Assembly: GCA_052034935.1 (NCBI GenBank)
Contig: JBPOIB010000001.1
Coordinates: 316,348-380,347 of the forward strand
Length of the DNA: 64,000 nucleotides
Reading direction: 5' to 3'
Source: Candidatus Moraniibacteriota bacterium
Lineage (GTDB): Bacteria > Patescibacteriota > Minisyncoccia > Moranbacterales > UBA1568
The notes under the pieces are model-generated. The model saw only the letters and a list, made by a program, of their open reading frames with translations, did not search any database and was not told the origin of the DNA. Below are positions 1-9,681 of the stretch, one piece after another (the first letter of the stretch is position 1; each line of letters opens with the position of its first letter). Both the position numbers and the translations under genes were made by a program.

Positions 1-497
1 TGAAGATGCTGAGCAGTCGAAGTCCCTGCACCAGGTGCACCATTCTTCCCACCGGAATAAGCTATGGGTTGGCCAGCAACCACTTCTTGGCCTTCTGTAG
101 CGATGAAACCGCTGAGATGAGCATAGATGGTCCAGTAACCATTATGATGGTCGACTTTGGCAAACCAGCCGAAACCGCCATTCTCGCGGTCATTGGGGTA
201 GATACGCATGGTTCCACCAGCAGCTGCCACAACTATCGATCCGGCAGGCATGCCAAAATCAAGGTCATAGCGAGTAGCAACGTTCTGATGCGTAGGCGTG
301 TCGTTGCTGTTTTGGGTGCATCGATACCTCTGTCCGTCGTAAAACGGAAGCTGTACTTGCATCACAGGGTTCGAGCTTGCCGCAAGAATCCTCACCCTTG
401 AAGTCTCGGAGGAAGCCAAGGGAGCCTCGACTTCGCCGCCACAGGCAAGCAGGAGAATAGTTGCGAAAACGGCAACAATCCAATTCAGAACATTCAT
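1..497 (-). CDS. M23-family metallopeptidase, putative lipoprotein (3' end runs off the window; absent from ORF track)
   Basis: Manual translation from ATG 497: MNVLNWIVAVFATILLLACGG...THQNVATRYDLDFGMPAGSIVVAAAGG...GFGWFAKVDHHNGYWTIYAHLS...GQEVVAGQPIAYSG...GTSTAQHL. Typical M23 motifs (DF, YAHL, terminal HL[H]), lipobox-like LLAC, and a GAGGTG SD upstream. Confidence 0.85.
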   Translation of the reverse strand, partial: MNVLNWIVAVFATILLLACGGEVEAPLASSETSRVRILAASSNPVMQVQLPFYDGQRYRCTQNSNDTPTHQNVATRYDLDFGMPAGSIVVAAAGGTMRIYPNDRENGGFGWFAKVDHHNGYWTIYAHLSGFIATEGQEVVAGQPIAYSGGKNGAPGAGTSTAQHL

Positions 498-574
498 TTT
501 TCACCTCGATTGGAAAAGTACACGAAAGGATTCAGATTGAATCCACCTATGACACTCCCAATACTTTGAAAATG

Positions 575-1258
575 TCAATTGGAGGCCTCACCAGAATCTA
601 GTTTGACGAATCGAATTGATCTCAGAATTTCCGCCAGAATACTCATACTTTCTTGATCACCGCTATCACACAAAACGTACGCGTGATGATGTCTTCCATC
701 TTGGACTTTAGATCCATCCAAACGACGAAGAGGGAAAGAAAATCCAAAGTCACTCGTACAAGCTCCAGTCTTACTAAAAGAATCATAGCTGCGCATAGCT
801 GATTCTAATTCTGCCTTGCTGTCATCGCACATTTCCACCATTTGAGAATTAAGCTGGATATTGTTACATACGCCATTACTCTTGCTAAATAAGTACTTTT
901 CGGTCGGTAAGTTATTCAGTAGTATTCCAATTTTTCCTGGCTTATCAATATCAATCCCGGTACGGCCATTCTTCAAAATTGTTACATAAACTACACCGGC
1001 TGAATCAGAATCTTGTTTGATGTAAAACTGCTTTTCTGGATACCTAAACTCAAACCCATATTCCTCATTTCGATAGATCTTCCAGTCAGAAGTATCAATT
1101 GGAGTTTGAGGCTCGGTCTGAACTGGAGACTCTACGACAGGATCAATTGTCACAGGCTGATTCGTAACTGCATGCCGTTTTTGCATCAACCAAAAGGCAC
1201 CACTAGTAGCGAGAAGGGCGGTGAGAGTAATAGTGAGAAAGACGGGTTTCTGATTCAT
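575..1258 (-). CDS. Membrane-anchored extracytoplasmic hypothetical protein (CPR-type WKxYxNxxYGFxFxYP motif)
   Basis: Likely start MNQKPVF. N-terminal TM helix, P/T linker, DTSDWKIYRNEEYGFEFRYP, four Cys in the distal domain. Visibly AT-richer than neighbours. Confidence 0.75.
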   Translation of the reverse strand: MNQKPVFLTITLTALLATSGAFWLMQKRHAVTNQPVTIDPVVESPVQTEPQTPIDTSDWKIYRNEEYGFEFRYPEKQFYIKQDSDSAGVVYVTILKNGRTGIDIDKPGKIGILLNNLPTEKYLFSKSNGVCNNIQLNSQMVEMCDDSKAELESAMRSYDSFSKTGACTSDFGFSFPLRRLDGSKVQDGRHHHAYVLCDSGDQESMSILAEILRSIRFVKLDSGEASN

Positions 1259-1343
1259 AGGTTTGACACTCGAATATATTCCCATGGGGAATGTTTGTAA
1301 ATATTGACGATACAATTAAAGTATAGCGTAACTCTAAAGCACC

Positions 1344-1368
1344 AAAAAACCCTTCATCAGAAGGGTTT
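1344..1368 (-). terminator. Intrinsic terminator after the sugar transferase gene
   Basis: AAACCCTTC-tgat-GAAGGGTTT followed by a T-run on the minus strand. Confidence 0.65.
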
Positions 1369-1396
1369 GCAATCAAAAAGCGAAGGGTTGAGAGTA

Positions 1397-2812
1397 CTAA
1401 TTCTTGCGGCGACGAAGCAGCGTCTGGGCCGTTTTCAGACAGATCACAATATCAAGCCAAAGCGACCAATTCTCGATATAGAACACGTCGAGCCGATACT
1501 CGTCCTCAAAGTCGAGATCGGATCGTCCGGAAACCTGCGCCATCCCCGTCACGCCCGGCTTGATGGTGAGGAGACGGCGATGGTATTCACTGTATTTTTC
1601 TACTTCTCGTTTCTGATGCGGCCGCGGGCCCACCAGACTCATTTCGCCACGGAGCACATTGAAAAACTGGGGCAGTTCATCAAGGGAGTAGCGCTCAATG
1701 AAGCTGCCAATCCTCGTCTTGCGCGGATCATCCTTGATCTTGTAGAGCGGACCCTGGCGAACACTGCGCTCGGCGATGAGCTGCTTCTCATATTCGAGTG
1801 CCTGTTCAAAATTCGGGTTATCCTTATTGATACACCATTTCCACTGCATGTAGCGAAATTTGAAAACTGGAATCTTCTCACCATTCTCCCCGATTCGTTC
1901 ATTGGTATAGATGATCGGACCATCCGGATCTTCAAGTTTAGTCAGGAGGGCAATTACGAGCATTACCGGAGAGGCGATGATGGTCAACGCAAAACCACCC
2001 ACGAGATCGAAAGCTCGTTTCAAAACTTTCCCCCAACCATCGAGCGGCGTATGCTGAAACTCAATAATGGGCTCGCCATTGAAGATACTCATCGTGAATC
2101 GTGACGTTTCGCGCGTCGTCGGGAGATATTTCAGCGTAATGTTATTGATCTGGCAATAGTCGAGCAATTTCTGTTGTTCATCATCCGTCAGCGACGGATC
2201 GCACACCATAATCTCATCGAGTCCTCTTTCTTCTCGGATAGCCTTGATTGCATGGAGTGAAATCGTTTCGATTTGGCCGACCGTCACATACCCGAGATCC
2301 GGCCGAGTGGCGAACAGACTCTTCAACTGTTCGATTTTCCCGTTCGTACCGACCAGGAGAATACGATGTACGCCCACCCCCTTCTTCACGAGGTAGTAGC
2401 GCTGAATGCGCTGGATGAGATAACGAGCAATCGTCACATAGAACACTGCAAAAGACCAGCCGGCGAGAATAATGAAACGCGACGAAAACCATTCCCGCTT
2501 CAAGAATATCGTCACGATAATAAGCACGAGGACAAGTGATGTCGCCCGGAAGACCTTGAAAGCCTCAGAAAGCGGCGTTCTGGTCGCCCGCATCGTGTAG
2601 AGTCCCTCAATTGCATAGACGATGAGGAAAAGTGGCGCCACAGCAAGCGTCACCTGGAGAAAGTCGACCAGATCAATATTATAGAGCTTGGGCCGAAGCG
2701 CGAGAATCTGCGGAACATTGCGAACAGCAAACGCTGAAAGCGCCGCCAGGACAATCATGATAAAGTCCACCGGCAGCTGGATAGCACTGAAATAGATTTC
2801 GGAACGTTTCAC
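1397..2812 (-). CDS. Polyprenyl glycosylphosphotransferase (WcaJ/WbaP-like bacterial sugar transferase)
   Basis: N-terminal TM helices, KRAFD, KFRYM, DDPRKT, SLDELPQFFNVLRGEMSLVGPRP, KPGVTGMAQV, YIENWSLWLD. Confidence 0.95.
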   Translation of the reverse strand: MKRSEIYFSAIQLPVDFIMIVLAALSAFAVRNVPQILALRPKLYNIDLVDFLQVTLAVAPLFLIVYAIEGLYTMRATRTPLSEAFKVFRATSLVLVLIIVTIFLKREWFSSRFIILAGWSFAVFYVTIARYLIQRIQRYYLVKKGVGVHRILLVGTNGKIEQLKSLFATRPDLGYVTVGQIETISLHAIKAIREERGLDEIMVCDPSLTDDEQQKLLDYCQINNITLKYLPTTRETSRFTMSIFNGEPIIEFQHTPLDGWGKVLKRAFDLVGGFALTIIASPVMLVIALLTKLEDPDGPIIYTNERIGENGEKIPVFKFRYMQWKWCINKDNPNFEQALEYEKQLIAERSVRQGPLYKIKDDPRKTRIGSFIERYSLDELPQFFNVLRGEMSLVGPRPHQKREVEKYSEYHRRLLTIKPGVTGMAQVSGRSDLDFEDEYRLDVFYIENWSLWLDIVICLKTAQTLLRRRKN

Positions 2813-2878
2813 GGCGGTATCGGATTAAAGCTTATGTCTTCTCCAAACCAACCTCTTCAGTATAACCCCCCTGTACAA

Positions 2879-3230
2879 AACAGATCGATAAGCCGGATTC
2901 TGTACCCTTCGATCACTCTCTGGGCGACTATCATTTCTCTTGCTCGACCGTTGCCGGCCGAATCTTTGCAGTTCTCCCGATGTTTTTTGAGCTCCAAAAA
3001 CCATCTGGCACGACCTTGCATCGAGGTAAGGATTTAGCCGTTTCACCCCCGCCTTTCGACAGGATTCTTCCCGAAGGAAGCCGCGGCCTTTCGGCTCTGG
3101 CGTCACTGCTCGCACCTCTCAAATCGCTTTGGACGGGCGTTACCCGCTACCAGCTACCTTTTAGGGGTCGATGTCCGGACTTTCCACACCGCCCCGTTTT
3201 ATATGGGCTAGCGCGATAGTCTGATCTGTT
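2879..3230 (-). ncRNA. rnpB: RNase P RNA
   Basis: Minus strand has GTGGAAAGTCCGGAC near the 5' end, GGTAACGCCC, GGTGAAACGG...TGCAAGG, AGAGAAATGATAGTCGC and ACAGAATCCGGCTTAT near the 3' end. Termini AACAGATC/GATCTGTT pair as P1. Confidence 0.95.
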
Positions 3231-3330
3231 CTGTAAAGGACGGTCACACCGTTATATTGAATCACAAATGTATTGCTTTGTCAATATATTTTTCAAACCA
3301 AAAGAAGCTCTGTCTAAGCCTCTTTTTGAG

Positions 3331-5700
3331 CTACATTTTCAATCGAAAACCAACTCTCTCCCCGGCTGCTGTTACAATCTTTTCAAAAGTTGCATCCATT
3401 TCCTCTCTGGAGAGGGTGCGCTCGGAAGAACCGAAGGAAAGATGAAGCGAAAAACTCTTTTCCTCGCCGGCCTCAAAGACATCAAAAAGCTCATATGCGA
3501 CCAAAAGCGGCCGGCCGGCCTCACGAAGCACGACTTCGATGTCGTTGAAGTTCACTGACTTCGGGCCAATGAGCGAGATGTCACGTCGCGCCACTGGAAA
3601 ACGCGAGAATTCCCGGTAGAGCGACTGTTCCTTAGCATAGCTCGACAATATCGGGACCGAGAGTTCCGCGAAGTACGCTTTCACCCCTCCGCTCAGTCGT
3701 CGTGACCATTCGGTAGCGACTTCGCCCGCGTAGCCGATATGCTTACCATCTGGTGTGGTGAGATGAGCGACCCGGCCTGGGGCAAATGCTGGGAACGCAC
3801 CAGAGGCCATCTCGTTCCAGACCACGCCAATCTTTACTGTTTCAAAAATTGCCTCGAGCCGGCCTTTGAAGCGAAGAAAGGTCTCGGTATCCGATACCTC
3901 TTTCGGAGAGAGCACGGCAAGGGCAACTTGTTTCTCTTCGAACGGACCGGTTTTTTCATTCCGGTGGATGCTACCGAACTCGAAAAGGCTGGCGCGGCTG
4001 AAATGCTTAGCATTTGTCGCGAGGGCGCGGTAGAGCCCCGGGAACAGGCTCGAGCGAAGGTATGTCTGGTCCGGATTCATCGGATTCGCAATCGTGAGAT
4101 GCAATTCCTTCGGCAGCTCCACCTGACTCAGGCTTTTTTCACCGTAAAATGAGTAGCTCATCACCTCGTCGAAACCCATGGAAGCGAGCATAGTTTTGAG
4201 TCGACGCTCAAAGGCTTTAGCTGGATCCGGTTTTGCCGGAGCGGCTGGACGAGAAAGAGGGACTGGGACGATATTGTGATAGCCATGCATCCGACCGATT
4301 TCTTCGACGAGATCTTCGGGTGCACGGAGGTCGGGGCGACGAGGTGGTATCGTAATCTTCAGTGCAGGACGATTCGGGACTTTCTTCACCGAAAGACCGA
4401 GCCAAGAGCAGCACTGGACGATTTGAAAAAGCGGTATCTTGGTGCCAAGAAGACTCTCGATGAGCGATTGCTCGAGCACGATGACGACTGGTTTCAGGGA
4501 CTTGGCCGCAACATCGCGCACGGCCAGTTTTTCTCCCATCCCCCACTCACTCACGTACCGAGCCAGAAGCTCGGCGACTTCACCAGGACGCTCCGTATCA
4601 ATACCCCGCTCGTAGCGATACGCCGCATCAGTCAAGAGCCGGTGACGTTTCTCCGTCCGCCGGACACTCTGCGCATCAAAGCTCGCAATCTCAAAAACAA
4701 CACGTGATGTCTTATCGGAAATCGCCGAGTGTTTCCCACCCATGACACCAGCCAAGGCGAGTGGTTTCTTCGTATCAGCAATGACAACATCGTCTTTAGA
4801 GAGTGCAACAACCGTACCATCGAGTAACATCAGGTGCTCGCGCGCCTTAGCCTCACGGACGACGATACCGCCCGCCGGAATCGCATCCGCATCAAAAGCA
4901 TGGACCGGCTGCCCGGTTTCAAGCATGAGATAGTTCGTAAGATCGACGAAAGCATTCATCGGCCGAAGTCCCGAGAGGACGAGCCGAGCCTGAACCGAAA
5001 GCGGGCTCTGACCCGAGACAACATTTTCCAAGAGAAGGGCAATGTAACGTTTTGAACGTTCTGTCTTGATACTGACCTTTGGCACCTTGGAACTCTTGCG
5101 GAGATGTGAGGTTTTCTTCTCTTTGGACAGGAACGGCGCAACACCTCCTTCGAGCGCCGCAATCTCGCGCGCCAGTCCCTGATATGAGAGGGCATCGCAG
5201 CTTCGGTCAGGGAGAATCTTTACATCAAGAAGGGTGTCGGCGAGTCCGGCGTAGGTGACGAAATCACGGCCGAGCGGCGCATCCGCTGGCAGCACCAGTA
5301 TTCCCTCATGACTTGAACCAAGTCCGAGTTCTTTCGCCGAACAAATCATCCCGGATGACTGCACGCCCCGAAGCTCAGCTTCTTTAATTTCGATACCGCC
5401 AGGAAGCTTCGCGCCGGGAAGGGCAACCGCCACTTTCTGACCAACGGCGAGATTCGGTGCGCCACAGACAATTTCGCGCACGTTTTTCTTCCCGATCGTA
5501 ACGGTCGCGACGCGTAATCGATCAGCATTCGGATGCTCTTGTACTGCCATGACTTTTCCGATGACGACGCCAGACAATCCGTGCTCGTATGCACTAACCG
5601 ATTCCACTTCGAAAGCATGCGCCATGAGAAGCTCTGCCAGGCGCTCTGGCGATTTTGTGGTTCCGGAAAGTTCTTTGAGCCAGTGATAGGAAAACTGCAT
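3331..5700 (-). CDS. pheT: Phenylalanine--tRNA ligase beta subunit
   Basis: HPNADRL, IVCGAPN, GMICSAKELG, B3/4 domain, RPDL..EDLVEEIGR, C-terminal FDX-ACB (SRFPVARRDIS). Confidence 0.98.
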   Translation of the reverse strand: MQFSYHWLKELSGTTKSPERLAELLMAHAFEVESVSAYEHGLSGVVIGKVMAVQEHPNADRLRVATVTIGKKNVREIVCGAPNLAVGQKVAVALPGAKLPGGIEIKEAELRGVQSSGMICSAKELGLGSSHEGILVLPADAPLGRDFVTYAGLADTLLDVKILPDRSCDALSYQGLAREIAALEGGVAPFLSKEKKTSHLRKSSKVPKVSIKTERSKRYIALLLENVVSGQSPLSVQARLVLSGLRPMNAFVDLTNYLMLETGQPVHAFDADAIPAGGIVVREAKAREHLMLLDGTVVALSKDDVVIADTKKPLALAGVMGGKHSAISDKTSRVVFEIASFDAQSVRRTEKRHRLLTDAAYRYERGIDTERPGEVAELLARYVSEWGMGEKLAVRDVAAKSLKPVVIVLEQSLIESLLGTKIPLFQIVQCCSWLGLSVKKVPNRPALKITIPPRRPDLRAPEDLVEEIGRMHGYHNIVPVPLSRPAAPAKPDPAKAFERRLKTMLASMGFDEVMSYSFYGEKSLSQVELPKELHLTIANPMNPDQTYLRSSLFPGLYRALATNAKHFSRASLFEFGSIHRNEKTGPFEEKQVALAVLSPKEVSDTETFLRFKGRLEAIFETVKIGVVWNEMASGAFPAFAPGRVAHLTTPDGKHIGYAGEVATEWSRRLSGGVKAYFAELSVPILSSYAKEQSLYREFSRFPVARRDISLIGPKSVNFNDIEVVLREAGRPLLVAYELFDVFEAGEEKSFSLHLSFGSSERTLSREEMDATFEKIVTAAGERVGFRLKM

Positions 5701-5703
5701 AGA

Positions 5704-6735
5704 CTAGAATTGGCGGATAAAGCGGAGGTCGCCCGACATGAGGAGGCGGATATCGGAAATCTTGTACTTCATCATGGCGAGCCGGGTCAGTCCGAAACCC
5801 CAAGCGAAACCCTGATACTGATTGCGCTTATAGCCGGCCGCTTCGAGTACGTTCTGATGGACCATACCCGCACCACCGATCTCGAGCCAGCCTGTCCCCT
5901 TGCAGACCGGACAGCCGCGACCATCGCAAAGAAGACAATTTACGTCAAATTCAAACGACGGCTCAGTGAATGGGAAAAAGCTCGGGCGCAGGCGGACGGT
6001 CGTCTCACGTTGAAAGAAGGCCGTGAAAAAGTTCTCCGCTACCGATTTGAAATTCGCAACGGAAACATGATCCCCCACCACCAAACATTCGAACTGATGA
6101 AAGGTGTGCTCATGCGAGGCATCGGTCGCTTCATTGCGGAAAATCCGGCCGGGTATGATGATTTGGAAGGGTGGCTTATGCGTTTCCATATACCGCACCT
6201 GAACCGAGGAAGTATGGGTCCGTGGCAAATATTTTTTTTTGCCCCACGTCTCTCCCAACCAGAAGGCATCCTGCATATCGCGGGCTGGATGATCGGGCGG
6301 AAAGTTCAAAGCATCAAAGTTATACCATTCACTTTCAATCTCCGGACCATCGGCGACGGAGAATCCCATGGAGGCGAAGATATCTTCAATCTCATGTTCG
6401 ATCCGTGTGATGGGATGGAGGTGTCCAGCACGCTCACTTTTGCCGGGTAGGGTCACATCAATCGCATCACTCACAACACCGATATCTTTCGAAAAGACAC
6501 GGTCCTTTGCCGCCTCAAAAGCCTCAAAAAGCTCGCGCTTGATACCGTTTCCGGCGGCGCCGACTGTTTTTCGCTCCTCGGGGGATAACTCCTTCACCCC
6601 TTTCAGCAGCGTGTTGAACTCGCTTTTCCGCCCGAGATACGTGTTTTCCCAGGCATGCAAAGAAGCCTCGTCTTTGGCCTCTGCGAGGGCACTTAGCGCT
6701 TCTTGTTGTATAGCTTTCAGTCGATCAAGGGTCAT
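5704..6735 (-). CDS. pheS: Phenylalanine--tRNA ligase alpha subunit
   Basis: YNFDALNFPPDHPARDMQD, RTHTSSVQ, FFPFTEPS, GFAWGFGLTRLAM. Confidence 0.98.
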   Translation of the reverse strand: MTLDRLKAIQQEALSALAEAKDEASLHAWENTYLGRKSEFNTLLKGVKELSPEERKTVGAAGNGIKRELFEAFEAAKDRVFSKDIGVVSDAIDVTLPGKSERAGHLHPITRIEHEIEDIFASMGFSVADGPEIESEWYNFDALNFPPDHPARDMQDAFWLGETWGKKKYLPRTHTSSVQVRYMETHKPPFQIIIPGRIFRNEATDASHEHTFHQFECLVVGDHVSVANFKSVAENFFTAFFQRETTVRLRPSFFPFTEPSFEFDVNCLLCDGRGCPVCKGTGWLEIGGAGMVHQNVLEAAGYKRNQYQGFAWGFGLTRLAMMKYKISDIRLLMSGDLRFIRQF

Positions 6736-6766
6736 GCCGTCATTCTATCCATTCCTGTCGTCGCGG

Positions 6767-7957
6767 TCAAAAAACGATTCTAAAGAAGTCTTTCTTCCCC
6801 ACTTTTACTACCGCATCTTTGTGGTCATCGGAAACGACAACAGCAAAGTCTTCCAGTTTTTTTTCATTCACTGACACTCCGCCTTGTTCGATCTTCCGTC
6901 GCGCTTCCGTCTTGCTTGCCGCTACACCAGCCACAACCAAAAGCTCAGTGAATGCCGTACCAACAGACGTCTGTACCGAAGGCATCTCCGTTGGCACATG
7001 GCCTTTACTAAACGTCTCGATGAAATATTGTTCCGCCGCCGCTCCCGCTGTGGCACCATGGTACAGCGTGACGATTTCTTTCGCGAGCCGAACCTTCGCA
7101 TCGCGAGGATTCGCACCAGTCACAATCGCTTCAGCAAATTTGGCGATGTCCTCCATCGGTACGCGCGTACAGTGCACGAAATACTCCATGATGAGCTCGT
7201 CCGGAATGCTCATGCATTTCCCGAACATATCATTCGGCGTATCAAGGAGATTGATCGTGTTCCCCCAGCTCGAGCTCATCTTACGGCCATCGGTCCCGAG
7301 GATGAGGTTGGTCATGAGAATCCCCTGCTCTTTCTGACCGTACTTCGGCTGCATCGTTCGTCCGGCCAACAGATTGAAACGCTGATCGGTTCCGCCGAGC
7401 TCAACATCAGACTTCACGGTCACACTGTCATAGCCCTGCATCAGGGGATAGAGGAGCTCACGGAGAGAAACTCGCTTTCCTGCTTCGAGACGTTTCTTCA
7501 CGTTTTCCCGGGCAATGAATTCAGCGAGCGAGAACGCATCCGCCTGTTCCCCGATTTCCTTATAGGTCAGCGATCCCAGCCATTCGGAATTATGTCGCAC
7601 CTCGACCTTCGAAATATCGAGAATCTTGGCCGCCTGGTCGACATAGGATTGTAGATTTTGCTCGATGACCTCAGTCGAAAGCATTGGTCGTTCCGCTTCC
7701 TTGTCTGAAGTATCGCCGATGATGCCGGTAAAGTCGCCGACAATGAACACGACATCACAGCCCAATTCCTGGAAATCGCGCAGTTTCAAAAGCGGCACAG
7801 ACCGGCCGAGATGAAGGTTCGGGCTCGTCGGATCGATGCCGAGCTTCACCCGGAGTTTTTCGCCAGCAAGAAGCCGCTTCTTCAGATGCTCGCGGTCAAT
7901 CACTTCGGCCACACCGCGAGTCAAAAGCTCTTCAATTTTTTGTTCTCGGTTTTCCAT
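6767..7957 (-). CDS. tyrS: Tyrosine--tRNA ligase
   Basis: KLGIDPT..LHLG, YPLMQGYDS, GGTDQRFN, KMSSS, C-terminal S4 domain. Start placed at MENREQ. Confidence 0.97.
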   Translation of the reverse strand: MENREQKIEELLTRGVAEVIDREHLKKRLLAGEKLRVKLGIDPTSPNLHLGRSVPLLKLRDFQELGCDVVFIVGDFTGIIGDTSDKEAERPMLSTEVIEQNLQSYVDQAAKILDISKVEVRHNSEWLGSLTYKEIGEQADAFSLAEFIARENVKKRLEAGKRVSLRELLYPLMQGYDSVTVKSDVELGGTDQRFNLLAGRTMQPKYGQKEQGILMTNLILGTDGRKMSSSWGNTINLLDTPNDMFGKCMSIPDELIMEYFVHCTRVPMEDIAKFAEAIVTGANPRDAKVRLAKEIVTLYHGATAGAAAEQYFIETFSKGHVPTEMPSVQTSVGTAFTELLVVAGVAASKTEARRKIEQGGVSVNEKKLEDFAVVVSDDHKDAVVKVGKKDFFRIVF

Positions 7958-7968
7958 ATGTATGTATT

Positions 7969-8409
7969 CTACCACCCGTATTCGCTGTATGAGATGTTAT
8001 TCTGAATATTTCCCAGAACCGTTCTAATGTAAGGAATAGTGTTTTCAGGCAAATAATCAATGGCAAACCAAGATAAATCATCACATTTCCCCGGTTCCCG
8101 ATTTTGTACTTCACCCTCCCAATGACTGACTGGGAAAAACGCGTCTACTCGTTCTGAACCATCTTCGCCTTTCCGGTGGAGAATATGCGGTGCAGCTAAC
8201 TCGCCTGGATCAATACGGACTCCAATTTCTTCATAAATCTCCCGAAGCAAGGCGGCCGTAAAACTCTCTCCCGGTTCGACATGCCCCGCCGGCAATGAAT
8301 ATTGACCGTCACAATACCCGGTATTCGCTCGGCGAGCGAGGAGCACCTTTCCGTCCTGAATAAGTACCAGGTAGGAAGCAAGGACATTGGTCGGGAGATG
8401 TTTCCCCAT
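7969..8409 (-). CDS. Nudix hydrolase
   Basis: Nudix box GHVEPGESFTAALLREIYEEIG; NREPGKCDDLSWF. Confidence 0.92.
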   Translation of the reverse strand: MGKHLPTNVLASYLVLIQDGKVLLARRANTGYCDGQYSLPAGHVEPGESFTAALLREIYEEIGVRIDPGELAAPHILHRKGEDGSERVDAFFPVSHWEGEVQNREPGKCDDLSWFAIDYLPENTIPYIRTVLGNIQNNISYSEYGW

Positions 8410-8414
8410 ACGGC

Positions 8415-8723
8415 CTAGAGTCCAAGCTTCCGTTTCGCCAACCGGTACTGGTCATCCGACATCTGTCCGGCCTTTTTCATTGCGTCGAGCTGAGCCATGA
8501 TTTCGCCCTTGTGTTTCTCGATATTTTTCGGGGTCATCGCCTTCTGCATCACCTTTTGGCGCTCCTCCGGCGACATTTTCAGCACCCGCTTCATGGCGAA
8601 GCGCTGAATCATATTCATATCTTTCGCTCCCGGCATCGCGGCGAGTTCAGCTTCAAGCTTCGCTGCATCTTCATCAGTCTTCTTTTTTTCTTCGTCGTCT
8701 TTTTTGAAGGGATTCCATTTCAT
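8415..8723 (-). CDS. Small Met/Lys-rich helical hypothetical protein
   Basis: 102-aa ORF tightly packed between secF and the Nudix gene; 11 Met; no TM segment. Confidence 0.8.
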   Translation of the reverse strand: MKWNPFKKDDEEKKKTDEDAAKLEAELAAMPGAKDMNMIQRFAMKRVLKMSPEERQKVMQKAMTPKNIEKHKGEIMAQLDAMKKAGQMSDDQYRLAKRKLGL

Positions 8724-8744
8724 AACTACGGAAAGATTATGGGC

Positions 8745-9677
8745 TTAGGCTGGCTTCTTGTTTTCGACTATTGCCTGATCAGGAAACTTCATCTTGAACC
8801 GGGTGACCAGGAGCGCCGAAGCGATGAAGATGGATGAATACGTTCCGAAGCCGACACCGATGAGAAGCGCAACCGCGAACCAACGGACGCTTTCGCCGCC
8901 GAGTACCGCGACCGCGATCAGCACGATGATGACCGTGAGTGATGTATTTACCGAACGAACCAGTGTTTCATTGAGCGAGCGATTCACAATCGCCTCAAAG
9001 TTTGTGCCGGCGCGCGATCGGAGGAGATTCTCACGTACTCGGTCATAGACGACGATCGTATCGTTCACCGAATAGCCGAGGATAGTGAGGAGCGCAGCGA
9101 CGAACGGCACACCGACTTCGACGTCAGAGAAATGACCAAGGAGCGCGAAGACACCGACCGTGATAACAATGTCGTGGGCGAGGGCGATGATTGCTCCTGC
9201 ACCATATTCCCAGCTCTTCACCGGGTACGCCACGCGTCGGAAGGCCCAGGCGATATAAAGCGCGATACCGATAAGAGCGAGCAGTGTGCCGGTAAAGGCT
9301 TGGCGCTGCATCTGATTGGACACGGAAGCACCGATAAAGTCGACGCGGAGCTGCGCTACGGCGGGATCAATTTCCTTCATCGCGCTGAAGACCTTTTCGT
9401 TCGTCGTATCATCCGAGGCGAGGTAACGGATGAGCATACCCCACTCGGCGGTCGGTTGTACCGTGAGACTCTGGAGCTCGACCGCGGCCAGCTTTTCCCG
9501 GATCGTATCCGCTGTCGGAGCGACTGCCTCGGTAAAGCGCACTTCCATGAGCGTCCCGCCTTTGAAGTCGATGCCGAGCCGGAGGCCGTAGATGAAGATG
9601 CAGGCGATCGCCGCTCCCGTGACAAGGATGGAGAAGGCGTAGGCGTATTTCCGTTTCTGGATGATGTTGAGCTGCAT
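8745..9677 (-). CDS. secF: Protein translocase subunit SecF
   Basis: LGIDFKGGT, ALAHDI, GYSVNDTIVVYDRVREN, GTYSSIFIAS. Start placed at MQLNIIQ. Confidence 0.97.
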   Translation of the reverse strand: MQLNIIQKRKYAYAFSILVTGAAIACIFIYGLRLGIDFKGGTLMEVRFTEAVAPTADTIREKLAAVELQSLTVQPTAEWGMLIRYLASDDTTNEKVFSAMKEIDPAVAQLRVDFIGASVSNQMQRQAFTGTLLALIGIALYIAWAFRRVAYPVKSWEYGAGAIIALAHDIVITVGVFALLGHFSDVEVGVPFVAALLTILGYSVNDTIVVYDRVRENLLRSRAGTNFEAIVNRSLNETLVRSVNTSLTVIIVLIAVAVLGGESVRWFAVALLIGVGFGTYSSIFIASALLVTRFKMKFPDQAIVENKKPA

Positions 9678-9681
9678 ATCT

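Noticed and set aside
6-504. ORF-track calls 6-401 (+) and 265-504 (-)
   Set aside because: The real gene is the M23 peptidase in another minus-strand frame, open to the window edge
1304-2104. Long plus-strand ORFs antisense to real genes (also 5533-6450, 6884-7654, 10261-11505, 37257-38186, 48029-49015)
   Set aside because: Shadow frames of well-supported minus-strand genes, with no recognisable motifs
2825-3219. Short ORFs 2825-3115, 2834-3037, 2931-3122 and 2980-3219
   Set aside because: They overlap the RNase P RNA gene
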